From a virus (taxonomy: Duplodnaviria > Heunggongvirae > Uroviricota > Caudoviricetes), in the IMG/VR virus record IMGVR_UViG_2728369182_000007: a DNA stretch of 48,325 nucleotides, one strand, 5' to 3'. Position numbers and translations under genes: made by a program. The notes under the pieces were generated by a model, which saw only the letters and a program-made list of their open reading frames with translations, ran no database searches and was not told the DNA's origin. Numbering within the stretch: the stretch's first letter is position 1; each line of letters begins with the position of its first letter. Shown piece after piece: positions 39,911 through 48,325 of this stretch.

Positions 39911-40246
39911 ATGAAGTGGATTGTGATTGATACAGTTATCCAGCCATCATGCGGAATATCTTTTTCAGTCATATGGAGTAAAATAAAATTAATAATCTGG
40001 TATCAATCGGATGCTTTCTTACCTCCTGAAAGTATATTTACACTGACTCACACAGGTATCATGCTCAATAACAAAGTGCTACCTGTAACCATTTACAACG
40101 TAGCACCATTCAATAAAACATTCTGGAATTTAATCAAAAACAGCCAGGAATGTCCTACAAATACAGATAACGTATTGAATGAATGCTTTAATAACCGTTG
40201 CACTCTGCAAATATGTCCTTATGGACTAAAACAACAAAGTCCATAA
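39911..40246 (+). CDS. hypothetical Cys-containing protein (111 aa), only convincing plus-strand gene
   Basis: AAGGA RBS 7 nt upstream of ATG; AT-rich; convergent with surrounding minus-strand genes. Confidence 0.4.
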   Translation: MKWIVIDTVIQPSCGISFSVIWSKIKLIIWYQSDAFLPPESIFTLTHTGIMLNNKVLPVTIYNVAPFNKTFWNLIKNSQECPTNTDNVLNECFNNRCTLQICPYGLKQQSP

Positions 40247-40272
40247 GGAGTTTACTCACATCTGACAAAATC

Positions 40273-40294
40273 AATATAAACAGCCCCTCCGGAG
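40273..40294 (-). terminator. rho-independent terminator (minus strand)
   Basis: CAGCCCCTC-CGGAG-AGGGGCTG hairpin followed by TTTATATTGATTTT on minus strand. Confidence 0.55.
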
Positions 40295-40693
40295 AGGGGC
40301 TGGAGAGTGGCGCTATGTGCCATTGCATGGTGCCGGGTGCCTCCCGGTGAATTCAGTACCAGCACCTGAATCCGCGATTATCCCATATACCTACTCGCTG
40401 ATTGCCCCTCCGCACAGGGGGATTCACCATGCCAGTTTCTTTTAACAAACTCCCCGCAAACCAGACAACAGTCAACCGCCTGAATTGTGAAGTATTTAAA
40501 AATTTCTCCCGCTAACTGATACCCGGCTAACAGTCTGGCGTTTTCTTTTTCAGCAACGGGAAAGCAACAACCACCACACCCGCCACCAGCACACCGTCAG
40601 CCAGCACTGACATTATCCGGCTGCTGCAATGCCACTCACAAAAACAGTAAGCAATCACTTTTTACCGTAACAAGTGATAATCCAGATATGTAT

Positions 40694-41047
40694 CTACCCC
40701 AGATGAGTAATCCGAAGTTCATCCATACCACAGGTACTGGCTATTCTGTTGTACTCCTGAACAAGAGCAAATAATTCTGAATTAGCAACCATGAACTCAT
40801 CGCAAACCCTCTGTATAGCATCACTATTCAGAATAATAACGTCTCTTCCCGAAAGACGATCAGGAGTACAGAACAAAACTGTCAAACGGCTGAAGGCCTT
40901 TGCTCGTCCTGCATTGACTATATCAATACGCTGCCTAAGGATGAAACACCCCGACGCCTCATCAATATTCACTCTACCCACACCATATGAATGATAAATA
41001 TTTAATGCTGAAAAAACCATTAGACCGTATAACAAACACTCAATCAA
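40694..41047 (-). CDS. hypothetical protein (117 aa) in stx-equivalent position
   Basis: AT-rich ORF directly downstream of tRNA-Arg; no similarity to Stx subunits by eye. Confidence 0.4.
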   Translation of the reverse strand: MIECLLYGLMVFSALNIYHSYGVGRVNIDEASGCFILRQRIDIVNAGRAKAFSRLTVLFCTPDRLSGRDVIILNSDAIQRVCDEFMVANSELFALVQEYNRIASTCGMDELRITHLG

Positions 41048-41160
41048 TACTTAACAGAACTTTTATTTTTGACAAACATAAAATATTTTCAACAATATCC
41101 TGAGCCAGGTATATTTCAGTATAAGGCTCTGCCGGAAGGAATCTGGAAGAATGAATATAG

Positions 41161-41234
41161 CGCGCTGTACTGGATTCGAACCAGTGACCGATTGCTTAGA
41201 AGGCAATTGCTCTGTCCGGCTGAGCTAACAACGC
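41161..41234 (-). tRNA. tRNA-Arg (anticodon UCU), CCA not encoded
   Basis: Manual fold: acceptor GCGTTGT/ACAGCGC, anticodon stem ATTGC/GCAAT, loop CUUCUAA, T-arm CACTGG-TTCGAAT-CCAGT. Confidence 0.7.
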
Positions 41235-41247
41235 TGAATACCGATAA

Positions 41248-41327
41248 TGGACCGCCATCGGGGACCCGCCCCCGCACCAACAACCCTGTTATCGTGTCGT
41301 CTGCTCTTCCTGATAAGCTAATGGCGG
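41248..41327 (-). pseudogene. degenerate tRNA-like sequence (homologue of tRNA at 28254-28330)
   Basis: Shares acceptor and D-arm with the copy-1 tRNA but no pairable anticodon stem or canonical T-loop found by manual folding. Confidence 0.4.
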
Positions 41328-41334
41328 TTTGTGA

Positions 41335-41410
41335 TGGTGGCCCTTGCTGGATTTGAACCAGCGACCTGGCGATTATGAGTCGCTCGCTCTCACCACTGAG
41401 CTAAAGGGCC
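41335..41410 (-). tRNA. ileZ: tRNA-Ile2 (anticodon CAU), second copy
   Basis: Identical or near-identical to 28332-28407. Confidence 0.75.
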
Positions 41411-41449
41411 GGGAGCAGAATAATAACGGTCCGTAATTAATTCCGCAAT

Positions 41450-41472
41450 AAAAAACCCGCTCGGCGGCGGGT
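41450..41472 (-). terminator. late terminator tR' downstream of second Q
   Basis: CCCGC-TCGGCG-GCGGG hairpin plus T6 on minus strand. Confidence 0.6.
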
Positions 41473-41553
41473 TGTAGAAACTCTTCTAACGTCAGGCATA
41501 AAAAGCCCATTATTATGACGAATTTACCACAGATTCCGGAAAAATCAACCTTG

Positions 41554-42375
41554 TTACCTAGTTACCTTTTTTAACTGCCGCTCAGCCCATGCTTCTTCAA
41601 TATCAAACCGGGTCACCAGCGCATCATAGAATTTCTTAACTGTTTTTTCCCATGACGCGCGTGTTATCTGGTTTGTCACCTCGCATATAGCATTAAATGC
41701 CTCCGTTGATGGTAGTCTTTCATAGCCACGACCACCACAACGCTGGCAGTCTCTGATAACAGGCATACCACGTTTTACCGACTCTTCACGATGAATGGCG
41801 ACACCACGCCCACGGCAATCCTTACAGGCGGTGGAAACCTCACCCTTTCCGCCACACTCCGGACAGGCAACTTTTACCACCTCCCTGACTTTTTTCCATT
41901 CTTCCCAGTAAGACGAATACACACCTTTCGTACACTTTGCCCATACCGGCGGCTTACCATCCGGATACTGGACCTTGTTTGTAAAAACTACGCTTTCAAT
42001 AAATTTTTCCCCATAGCAACAAGGGCACTGCTTTTTACTCGCTGCGCTGCGGGCATAATCCTCAAAAGCGTACGAAGCCATAATGCGCATCACTACCGGT
42101 TTTATTTCTGCCGGAAGTTTTCTCAACGCCGCCACACGATCGCACCGACTGAGTGCATAATCTGCCAGTAATTCTGTTGCCCGCGCCCTGTCATTCATAC
42201 TGATGCCCATTTTCCCCAGGAACGCAGAAAAACCCATCTCAGCCCGATTCTGTGTCATGCCCTGCGCGGCCATCACATCAGTGATACTCAGCGCATCTTT
42301 TGACGTTGAGGCCGATGCATCGGTCAGGCCAGGGGATTTTGGGGAGTAGTATTTCGGTAAATCTTCCAGTTTCAT
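41554..42375 (-). CDS. late antiterminator Q-like protein (second copy)
   Basis: 273 aa, ~95 percent identical to 29489-30310 by eye. Confidence 0.75.
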   Translation of the reverse strand: MKLEDLPKYYSPKSPGLTDASASTSKDALSITDVMAAQGMTQNRAEMGFSAFLGKMGISMNDRARATELLADYALSRCDRVAALRKLPAEIKPVVMRIMASYAFEDYARSAASKKQCPCCYGEKFIESVVFTNKVQYPDGKPPVWAKCTKGVYSSYWEEWKKVREVVKVACPECGGKGEVSTACKDCRGRGVAIHREESVKRGMPVIRDCQRCGGRGYERLPSTEAFNAICEVTNQITRASWEKTVKKFYDALVTRFDIEEAWAERQLKKVTR

Positions 42376-42389
42376 TTTTTGACCTGCTC

Positions 42390-42752
42390 TTAATGCATTA
42401 TGGGGTAAATCTTCACCCCCAGACGTCCACCAGATACTGGCTGACCACGAACGATATTGATTTCATCAAACTGCTCATCGTCCATTAACACTCCCGCATG
42501 CGTCAGCGCATCCAGCGGTGCTTTCAGGATATTGTCCAGGTCGCGACGACGCTTATCCGGTGGCTCTGCAATCACCTTTATCGCCAGCCTTCCGGACAGG
42601 TTTAATTTCAGCCGCTGCTGGCGAACAATTAGCGCCACATCACGGCGATAACGCTTTCCGGCCTCCGAGATGAAATACGTATTGCCATGACGTCGCCAGT
42701 AGGTATTCACCGTCGGCGGGTAAGGCAAAACAAATTCTATGCGTTCAGTCAT
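42390..42752 (-). CDS. rusA: Holliday junction resolvase RusA (second copy)
   Basis: 120 aa, homologous to 30307-30684. Confidence 0.85.
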   Translation of the reverse strand: MTERIEFVLPYPPTVNTYWRRHGNTYFISEAGKRYRRDVALIVRQQRLKLNLSGRLAIKVIAEPPDKRRRDLDNILKAPLDALTHAGVLMDDEQFDEINIVRGQPVSGGRLGVKIYPIMH

Positions 42753-43813
42753 TCATGCTTTCCACTTCAGGACACCCGAATTTCTCGCGTGCATTAAAAA
42801 ACGAATCAGCAACAACAGCTGGCTGCCGTGTTTTTCTTCAAAATCTTTTACCCCGGCGTGCAGTTCGTTATGACATTTACGGCACAGCGGAATAACAAAC
42901 AAATCATCAGCCTTTGTTCCCATACCTCCCAGGCCATGATCAATGATGTGATGCGGATCATCTGCCTGATTACCGCACGTCATGCATTTCTGCGTTTTTA
43001 CCCAGCGCGTGTATACAGGCATCTCTTCCCGTTGTGGTTTCTGGCGCTGGAGATACTGAGCCGGAGACTCCGGATCAACGGCGATGCTTACTAACGTCTT
43101 TTCCTGGAGTGGGGGCTGTTGCTGGTGGACGTGAAGTGGCAGCGCAATATTTTTTGTGCGCTGCTTCAGTATGCTGGTGGCAGTCTGTTCTCCCGGTACG
43201 ATGTCACTCTCACGGTATACGGAGCGGATTTTTTCCACCGGTAATCCCAGTGAACGACACAATACAGACTCCGGAAGCGCATCAGCCACCTGATTGCAGA
43301 CCGCCCACCAGGATAATTCGGCCAGCGATAACTCCCTCTCCTGCGTACCGCTGATTGCGTGACGGATGACGTCAATCATCCATGCTGACAAGTTTTGGTG
43401 AGCAAGTTGCTCAAGTGATTCTGAGGTCTGGTCACACAACTGGTTGTCGCAGTGCCAGCACAACACCATTGCGCCGGTACCATAACGGTGAATGACGGTT
43501 TCACTGTGGTGATAATCACCGTGTGGCCACTGGCAGGATTTAATATGGCGCAACAGCCAGTCAGACAGTGCACCAGCGCCGCCAGCAGCACGAATCACAC
43601 GCTCATTGNNNNNNNNNNTGGCAGTAATGATTTATCCTCCGCCAGCGGCTGGCGAACGGCAGGGACGACTCCGGATGGCAGGCCGCACATGCTTTTCGGT
43701 TCCGGCTCCACCAGCACTCGAGGATTATGAAATATCTGTATGGATTCACGGCCCGGCTTAAGGACCACCAGCCCAAGCTCAGGCACCAGAACAGGTCTAA
43801 GTAATACCCGCAC
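42753..43813 (-). CDS. YdfU-like DUF968 protein (second copy, contains 10-N gap)
   Basis: Homologous to 30694-31743 on both sides of the gap. Confidence 0.7.
43609..43618. other. assembly gap (10 N)
   Basis: run of N. Confidence 1.
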
Positions 43814-43814
43814 G

Positions 43815-44087
43815 TTACCTCCAGATCCGTTGCTGGAAAGTGCGGGACGGACGTGGTGGGCGTTCGGAATAAGGCAGCCTGACAGAGATTATCCAGTGCC
43901 GATAGTCGAGACTGAGAGCTTTCTTAACCTCGAACCCGCGCCTGCGGTAAGAATGAATCAGCCATTCGGCCTGTTCTTCAGTACATGGTGGGTGTTGGTA
44001 CCAGTCGGTTTTAAATGCGTGTGAACGCCGCTCATGCCGGATGGCAAGGTCGGTATCAGAATTGTGAAATTTGGTTTTGTGCGCCAT
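43815..44087 (-). CDS. hypothetical small protein (Rem-like position), second copy
   Basis: 90 aa, homologous to 31745-32020. Confidence 0.5.
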   Translation of the reverse strand: MAHKTKFHNSDTDLAIRHERRSHAFKTDWYQHPPCTEEQAEWLIHSYRRRGFEVKKALSLDYRHWIISVRLPYSERPPRPSRTFQQRIWR

Positions 44088-44160
44088 CTGTTTTCTCTGC
44101 TGGCGCAGCAGGTGTCAGGTGTTCAGGCTGACGTGCGAATTGTAAACCAGAATGCCAGGA

Positions 44161-44190
44161 AAAAACAAAACCCGCCGAAGCGGGTTAAGT
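44161..44190 (-). terminator. rho-independent terminator downstream of hok (second copy)
   Basis: Same hairpin and U-tract as 32094-32121. Confidence 0.6.
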
Positions 44191-44254
44191 GCGGGTGCGT
44201 TGAGGATGCCTGACACATCAGAGGTGGCGAGGGATTTCTCCCCCGCCTGGTCTC

Positions 44255-44410
44255 TTACTCCTCAGGTTCGTAAGCTGTGAAGACAGCGACCTCCGTCTGG
44301 CCGGTTCGGATTCGTACCTCGCAGAGGTCTTTCCTCGTTACCAGTGCCGTCACTATGACGGTTAAACAGATGACGATCAGGGCGATTAACATCGCCTTTT
44401 GCTGCTTCAT
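44255..44410 (-). CDS. hok: Hok/Gef family type I toxin (second copy)
   Basis: Nucleotide sequence identical to the hok CDS at 32191-32346 over the compared stretch; ATG at 44408-44410. Confidence 0.8.
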   Translation of the reverse strand: MKQQKAMLIALIVICLTVIVTALVTRKDLCEVRIRTGQTEVAVFTAYEPEE

Positions 44411-44668
44411 AGCCTGCTTCTCCTTGACCTTTCGGTCCGTAAGAGGCTAATCTCTATGTGTCGCATAGATATGGCCTCAGATTAATGTTAAGCGTCTTGC
44501 AGGACGCGTAATGTTAACTGGGGCTTTTCTCTATCTGCCTTTTGGTGTTCATGCCTGAGACAGATAGCCTCAAGCACCCGCAGTCATTCTACTTAACTAA
44601 GATTTCCCCGCAAACCGTTTTTGTCCGGCACAGTAAATATCCAACTAAACCAATGGCGTTCGCTGTAT

Positions 44669-44848
44669 TTACCGCCAGTATTCAATGCACATGACCGCCA
44701 TGAACACCCCTAAAAAAAGGGCATTTATATATCCAAATATTAATATCAAAACATCAACTTTTTCCATATACCTTGCTGTGAAGATGATGGGCATACATGA
44801 TACGAACAACCAGAACGCAACAAACAAAAACTGCAATGCGTTTTTCAT
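44669..44848 (-). CDS. small two-TM membrane protein (59 aa), AT-rich
   Basis: ATG at 44846-44848 preceded by AGGAGG; MKNALQFLFVAFWLFVSCMPIIFTARYMEKVDVLILIFGYINALFLGVFMAVMCIEYWR. Confidence 0.5.
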   Translation of the reverse strand: MKNALQFLFVAFWLFVSCMPIIFTARYMEKVDVLILIFGYINALFLGVFMAVMCIEYWR

Positions 44849-45077
44849 TATTCCTCCTACAATCAATGTGCAATTACATTTAAACACACCTCAGTTTGGC
44901 CGGACATATAAATATCTAAACCAGAAAAAATCACTTACATAGCGTTACAAACTCTTTAGTCTAAATATTCATCGTAAAACATTCCCCATACTTATCAGCC
45001 CGTTCTGCGCCAGGTAGCTCATTGCCTTATCTGGGAATCTGTAATCAGGTTTCCGGATGCTGGTGGATTTTCGCGTT

Positions 45078-45335
45078 TTAGTTGTTCATAAAAGTGCACA
45101 GCTTTAACCAGTTCTTCTGATGTAACCGGGACTGGCGAGGCAGTGAATAAGGCCTGAATTTCATAGTTCGGCCTGTCGTTACAATCCTCTTTTTTCGGTA
45201 CATATTTCCAGTCACCAGACCACTACTTCCCCTGAAAGTCCGTAACGCCTTTTTTTTCACGTAGCGATATCGCCATGCCACTGTTTTTGCTTGCCCCGCC
45301 GTTTCATGCCCTTCCTGATAATTAACCTCGCTCAT
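45078..45335 (-). CDS. hypothetical basic protein (85 aa)
   Basis: ORF only; weak support. Confidence 0.25.
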   Translation of the reverse strand: MSEVNYQEGHETAGQAKTVAWRYRYVKKKALRTFRGSSGLVTGNMYRKKRIVTTGRTMKFRPYSLPRQSRLHQKNWLKLCTFMNN

Positions 45336-45341
45336 TCATCG

Positions 45342-45508
45342 CCCCACTCATCACAATATGCTTCGACCGGAGTTTTTCCTGCTTCATAATCATCACGCCA
45401 TGCTTCAGCATCAGCAGCACTGCCACCACGTAACTCTGCATAGTCCATTAACAGTTCATGCCATTCTTCAAAACTGACGTTGTATTTAGTTGAACCAAAA
45501 TCAGCCAT
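45342..45508 (-). CDS. hypothetical small acidic protein (55 aa)
   Basis: ATG at 45506-45508 overlapping stop of upstream ORF; MADFGSTKYNVSFEEWHELLMDYAELRGG... Confidence 0.35.
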
Positions 45509-45683
45509 TTTGTTCTTCCTCTTTGTCTTTTATTTCGTGATATGAGTAATTGCAGTAGTTAAAGAAAATATCTTTTGCTTCGTCATGTATTTCATCAGGC
45601 GTCGCATCATCATCCACTTCGAATTCATCCTCGAAATCTCCACCGGCTATTCCCGTTTCAATAATTATTTTAAACTTTCGCAT
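45501..45683 (-). CDS. hypothetical small acidic protein (60 aa)
   Basis: ORF MRKFKIIIETGIAGGDFEDEFEVDDDATPDEIHDEAKDIFFNYCNYSYHEIKDKEEEQNG. Confidence 0.35.
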   Translation of the reverse strand: MRKFKIIIETGIAGGDFEDEFEVDDDATPDEIHDEAKDIFFNYCNYSYHEIKDKEEEQNG

Positions 45684-45776
45684 TTAACTACCGCCCTTTC
45701 GGGCGGCCTCCTGATGTTCTGAGGGTGCAGAAATCCCTCCGGTTAAGGATTAAATTTTTAACAGAGCTAAATTTAA

Positions 45777-46133
45777 TTATTCAGTTCTGGATTTTGTCGC
45801 CCTGCGTATCCGCGCTTTCGCGTTACGCTCAATCTGAATTAGCTTTTCTATATTTTTTCGCCTTTCCCGCTCCTCCTGACGCAAGAGCCTTACATCATCT
45901 GCCAGTCTGGTTTCTCTTTTCGCCACAGAGAGCATCCAGTCAAATGGCTCCACAACTGCACCGCAGATTTTACAGCGGACCTGACGCTCTTTTTCGTCAA
46001 CCCGGACAGAGGCGTGATGACAATATGGTCTTTCCGATGGCTCATAAAGAAAATTAACCTGATTACGAGGGTCATCCTCTTTTACCGGAAATAAAACGAT
46101 ATTGCTTAACTCATCCTCTGGTTTTATTTCCAT
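45777..46133 (-). CDS. hypothetical protein with Cys/His cluster (about 118 aa)
   Basis: Start placed at MEIKPEDELSN...; CHH...CKICG motif suggests a zinc ribbon. Confidence 0.4.
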   Translation of the reverse strand: MEIKPEDELSNIVLFPVKEDDPRNQVNFLYEPSERPYCHHASVRVDEKERQVRCKICGAVVEPFDWMLSVAKRETRLADDVRLLRQEERERRKNIEKLIQIERNAKARIRRATKSRTE

Positions 46134-46190
46134 GCTCCTCTCCTTTGATGCGAATGCCAGCGGTAATTGAAGCCTGATAGCTAATTTCAC

Positions 46191-46613
46191 TCACAGTACC
46201 GCCTCCTGAAAATTACCCTGATAGAAAGCCAGTACACGCTGCATAGCTTCACTCTTCCGGCACTCGCGACAGATTATGTTTAGGCGACTGTCGTAGCGAC
46301 GTATTTCTCCGTCAGGTAACGACCAGATAAGGTCCGGATCAACCACAACCGGTTTCTTCAGCTTTGCCCTCGATAATTTTTTGCGGGCATTTTGCCAGTC
46401 TTTACGAGCCTGTTCAGACGGGAATAACCCGTAGCCAGAATTGTATACATCGCCACTGGCAACCAGCTCTCTGGCCAGAACGCTCATCAGATATCTTGTT
46501 GCCCCAGTTTTAGCTTCCAGTTGTCGTAACGTCTCGCGCCCACTCTGGCGTACGAGTTCAAGAACCTGCCCTTTAATTTTTTCCCGCTCTTCTTGTGTAA
46601 AAACTTTTGCCAC
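46191..46613 (-). CDS. hypothetical protein (140 aa), copy of 33424-33849
   Basis: Near-identical ORF. Confidence 0.5.
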   Translation of the reverse strand: MAKVFTQEEREKIKGQVLELVRQSGRETLRQLEAKTGATRYLMSVLARELVASGDVYNSGYGLFPSEQARKDWQNARKKLSRAKLKKPVVVDPDLIWSLPDGEIRRYDSRLNIICRECRKSEAMQRVLAFYQGNFQEAVL

Positions 46614-46653
46614 AAGCCCTCCTGAAAATTACCTCATGACCAGAAATTAACAC

Positions 46654-47927
46654 TTACCCCCTGAAGCCCGGCGGAATTTCGTTATCCGGTTCAGAAATAT
46701 GATTCACACAACGCTGGTTGTTCGTGCCGCTTACCGGGAGCAGCCAGGGGTTTTCAAAATTCCGGTCCGGTCCAAAAAACGTCGTCGCTCGCTGAACAAA
46801 TTCCGTTCCCGTTTTCCCGGTAGCCGCAAGGTATCTTGCGTAACGCCTCACGCCATCCAGCATGGCCTCTGGTGGCACCCCCTCGCGTAATCTGGCTTTC
46901 CAGGCACTGAAAGCGGATTTCTTCGGGTTTGCCCCGGCACGCAACGGGTATTCCCGCCAGACCTGTTCGAACACATCAGGATAATCCACTCGTCCCACAG
47001 GCTGCCCGGTGTTTTCCGGGACTACCCGATCGGCTTCCCGCTGAATGGCGGAATCGGCTTCAGGCTGCTGAAGTTGGTGTGATTGCTCCTGCCTTGCGGT
47101 CATCACCTGCTGCACAGCGCCCGAATCGGCTTTCAGCGCATACGCTGAATCGGCTTCCGGTGTCGTGCCTGCTGGCTGACCAAGATTGACGGTCTGAACA
47201 TCCCCTGCCTGGTTCGTGGCGTTTTTTACGCCATGGACCATAGTGTNNNNNNNNNNGGGCTGGCCAGGAGTGACGGTCTGAACATCCCCTGCCTGGTTCG
47301 TGGCGTTTTTTACGCCATGGACCATAGTGTTTTGATCTTCTTGATCTGTATCTTTATCTGTATCTTTATCTGTCGTGACTCGTCGTGACATGTGCGTGAC
47401 ATTTCGTGACGCGCCGTGACAATCGCCATTTTGTTCCCGCTTTCTTTCCCTCTCTCGCTGCGCCCTCTTGCGCTCTGCAGGAGATTTTGCGGTTTGCGAA
47501 ATATTGCCGTTGTCCTCTTTAAGCACCTGGCGTTTTTCCCATCCAGTGATTAAATCACCATCAAGTACCCGCCCCTGCATCNNNNNNNNNNCGGAGATTT
47601 TGCGGTTTGCGAAATATTGCCGTTGTCCTCTTTCAGCACCTGGCGTTTTTCCCATCCAGTGATTAAATCACCATCAAGTACCCGCCCCTGCATCGTCTGC
47701 AAAATTGAATCAATTACCTCTTCTGTCACGTCGAGCGCACTTGCCAAATCTTCTGTCGTGACATCAATGTGACCTCGCGTGACATTTCGTGACGCGCTCA
47801 CCAGGAGGTGGATATACACTGCCATCACTGTTGCAATTGGCTGCCCTGACACCCTGGCAATTGTTCGCCACTTAGGGTCATTTGGCATGTCATGCCATAA
47901 TCTGAGCCAGGCGTTAGCCATACTCAC
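46654..47927 (-). CDS. putative phage replication initiator / replisome organiser (split by two 10-N gaps)
   Basis: N-terminal MSMANAWLRLWHDMPNDPKWRTIARVSG... region; internal iteron arrays; gaps at 47247-47256 and 47582-47591 are flanked by duplicated sequence. Confidence 0.4.
47247..47256. other. assembly gap (10 N) flanked by direct duplicate of about 50 bp
   Basis: run of N; ctgaacatcccctgcctggttcgtggcgttttttacgccatggaccatagtgt present on both sides. Confidence 1.
47373..47420. repeat. iteron-like array: five CGTGAC motifs phased at 10 bp
   Basis: tCGTGACtcgtCGTGACatgtgCGTGACatttCGTGACgcgcCGTGAC; preceded by tandem tctttatctgta repeat at 47345-47372. Confidence 0.6.
47582..47591. other. 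assembly gap (10 N) flanked by direct duplicate of about 110 bp
   Basis: 47468-47581 repeats 47592-47705 almost exactly. Confidence 1.
47756..47792. repeat. second iteron-like array: four (C)GTGAC motifs phased at 10 bp
   Basis: tCGTGACatcaatGTGACctcgCGTGACatttCGTGAC plus inverted GTCACG at 47726-47731. Confidence 0.55.
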
Positions 47928-47992
47928 CTCTTCTGATACCGAATCTTTTTACTCACGAGTTGCCGGAAGCGATTCGATATGGCTATTGTCAG

Positions 47993-48310
47993 TCAATGTA
48001 CTGCCACAGCATTTCCTGCCGGGCCACCACGGTTCATCTGATTGAAACCGGCGATTGCCACTGCGACAAAATCATCAGCGTCTCTCACCAGTCGCTCCCG
48101 CGTCTCCACCAGCTCCCGAAAATAAGCTGAACTGTGGCTGCGCATTCTGGCCACCAGCAAAGGTGGCATTGCCTTTTCGATCGCTGGTAACAACGCCTGA
48201 ATTTTTTCAACTGCATCAGGGGTGTCTTTCTCTACCCAGCGGAAAATTTTCTGGGTATTGCGAGCCAGGGCTTCCGGATGGCTGTCGTCATACAGTTCCG
48301 GGAACGTCAT
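47993..48310 (-). CDS. hypothetical protein (105 aa) upstream of replication gene
   Basis: ORF only. Confidence 0.35.
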   Translation of the reverse strand: MTFPELYDDSHPEALARNTQKIFRWVEKDTPDAVEKIQALLPAIEKAMPPLLVARMRSHSSAYFRELVETRERLVRDADDFVAVAIAGFNQMNRGGPAGNAVAVH

Positions 48311-48325
48311 TCCCAGCTCGAAATA

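Noticed and set aside
40250-41160. Possible stxA/stxB genes between the tRNAs and nanS-p
   Set aside because: No ORF in any frame resembles Stx A (about 319 aa) or B (about 89 aa) subunits; the only ORFs present are unrelated by eye
47330-47800. Possible CRISPR array suggested by short periodic repeats
   Set aside because: Repeat unit is only 6-7 bp at 10-bp phasing, inside a coding sequence, with no spacers of 25-40 bp and no cas genes; fits iterons instead

Overview
The window is a scaffolded mosaic of enterobacterial (E. coli-type) lambdoid prophage DNA, with ten runs of N and nearly every gene on the minus strand. It holds one almost complete late/morphogenesis region with an HK97-like head and lambda-like tail, plus a second late region and second nin region, and extra fragmentary copies of tail genes J, I, K, L, M and H. 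The second late region has the Stx-phage layout (Q, tR', tRNAs, nanS-p, lysis genes) but no stx ORF. The most interesting signals are unannotatable AT-rich cargo genes in the stx-equivalent slots of both late regions, extra ORFs inside the lysis cassettes, a QueH-like gene next to a hok-type toxin, an in-frame amber codon in the tape measure gene, an odd tRNA, and phased iteron repeats inside a replication gene. All calls rest on reading the translations and sequence by eye; no database search was run.
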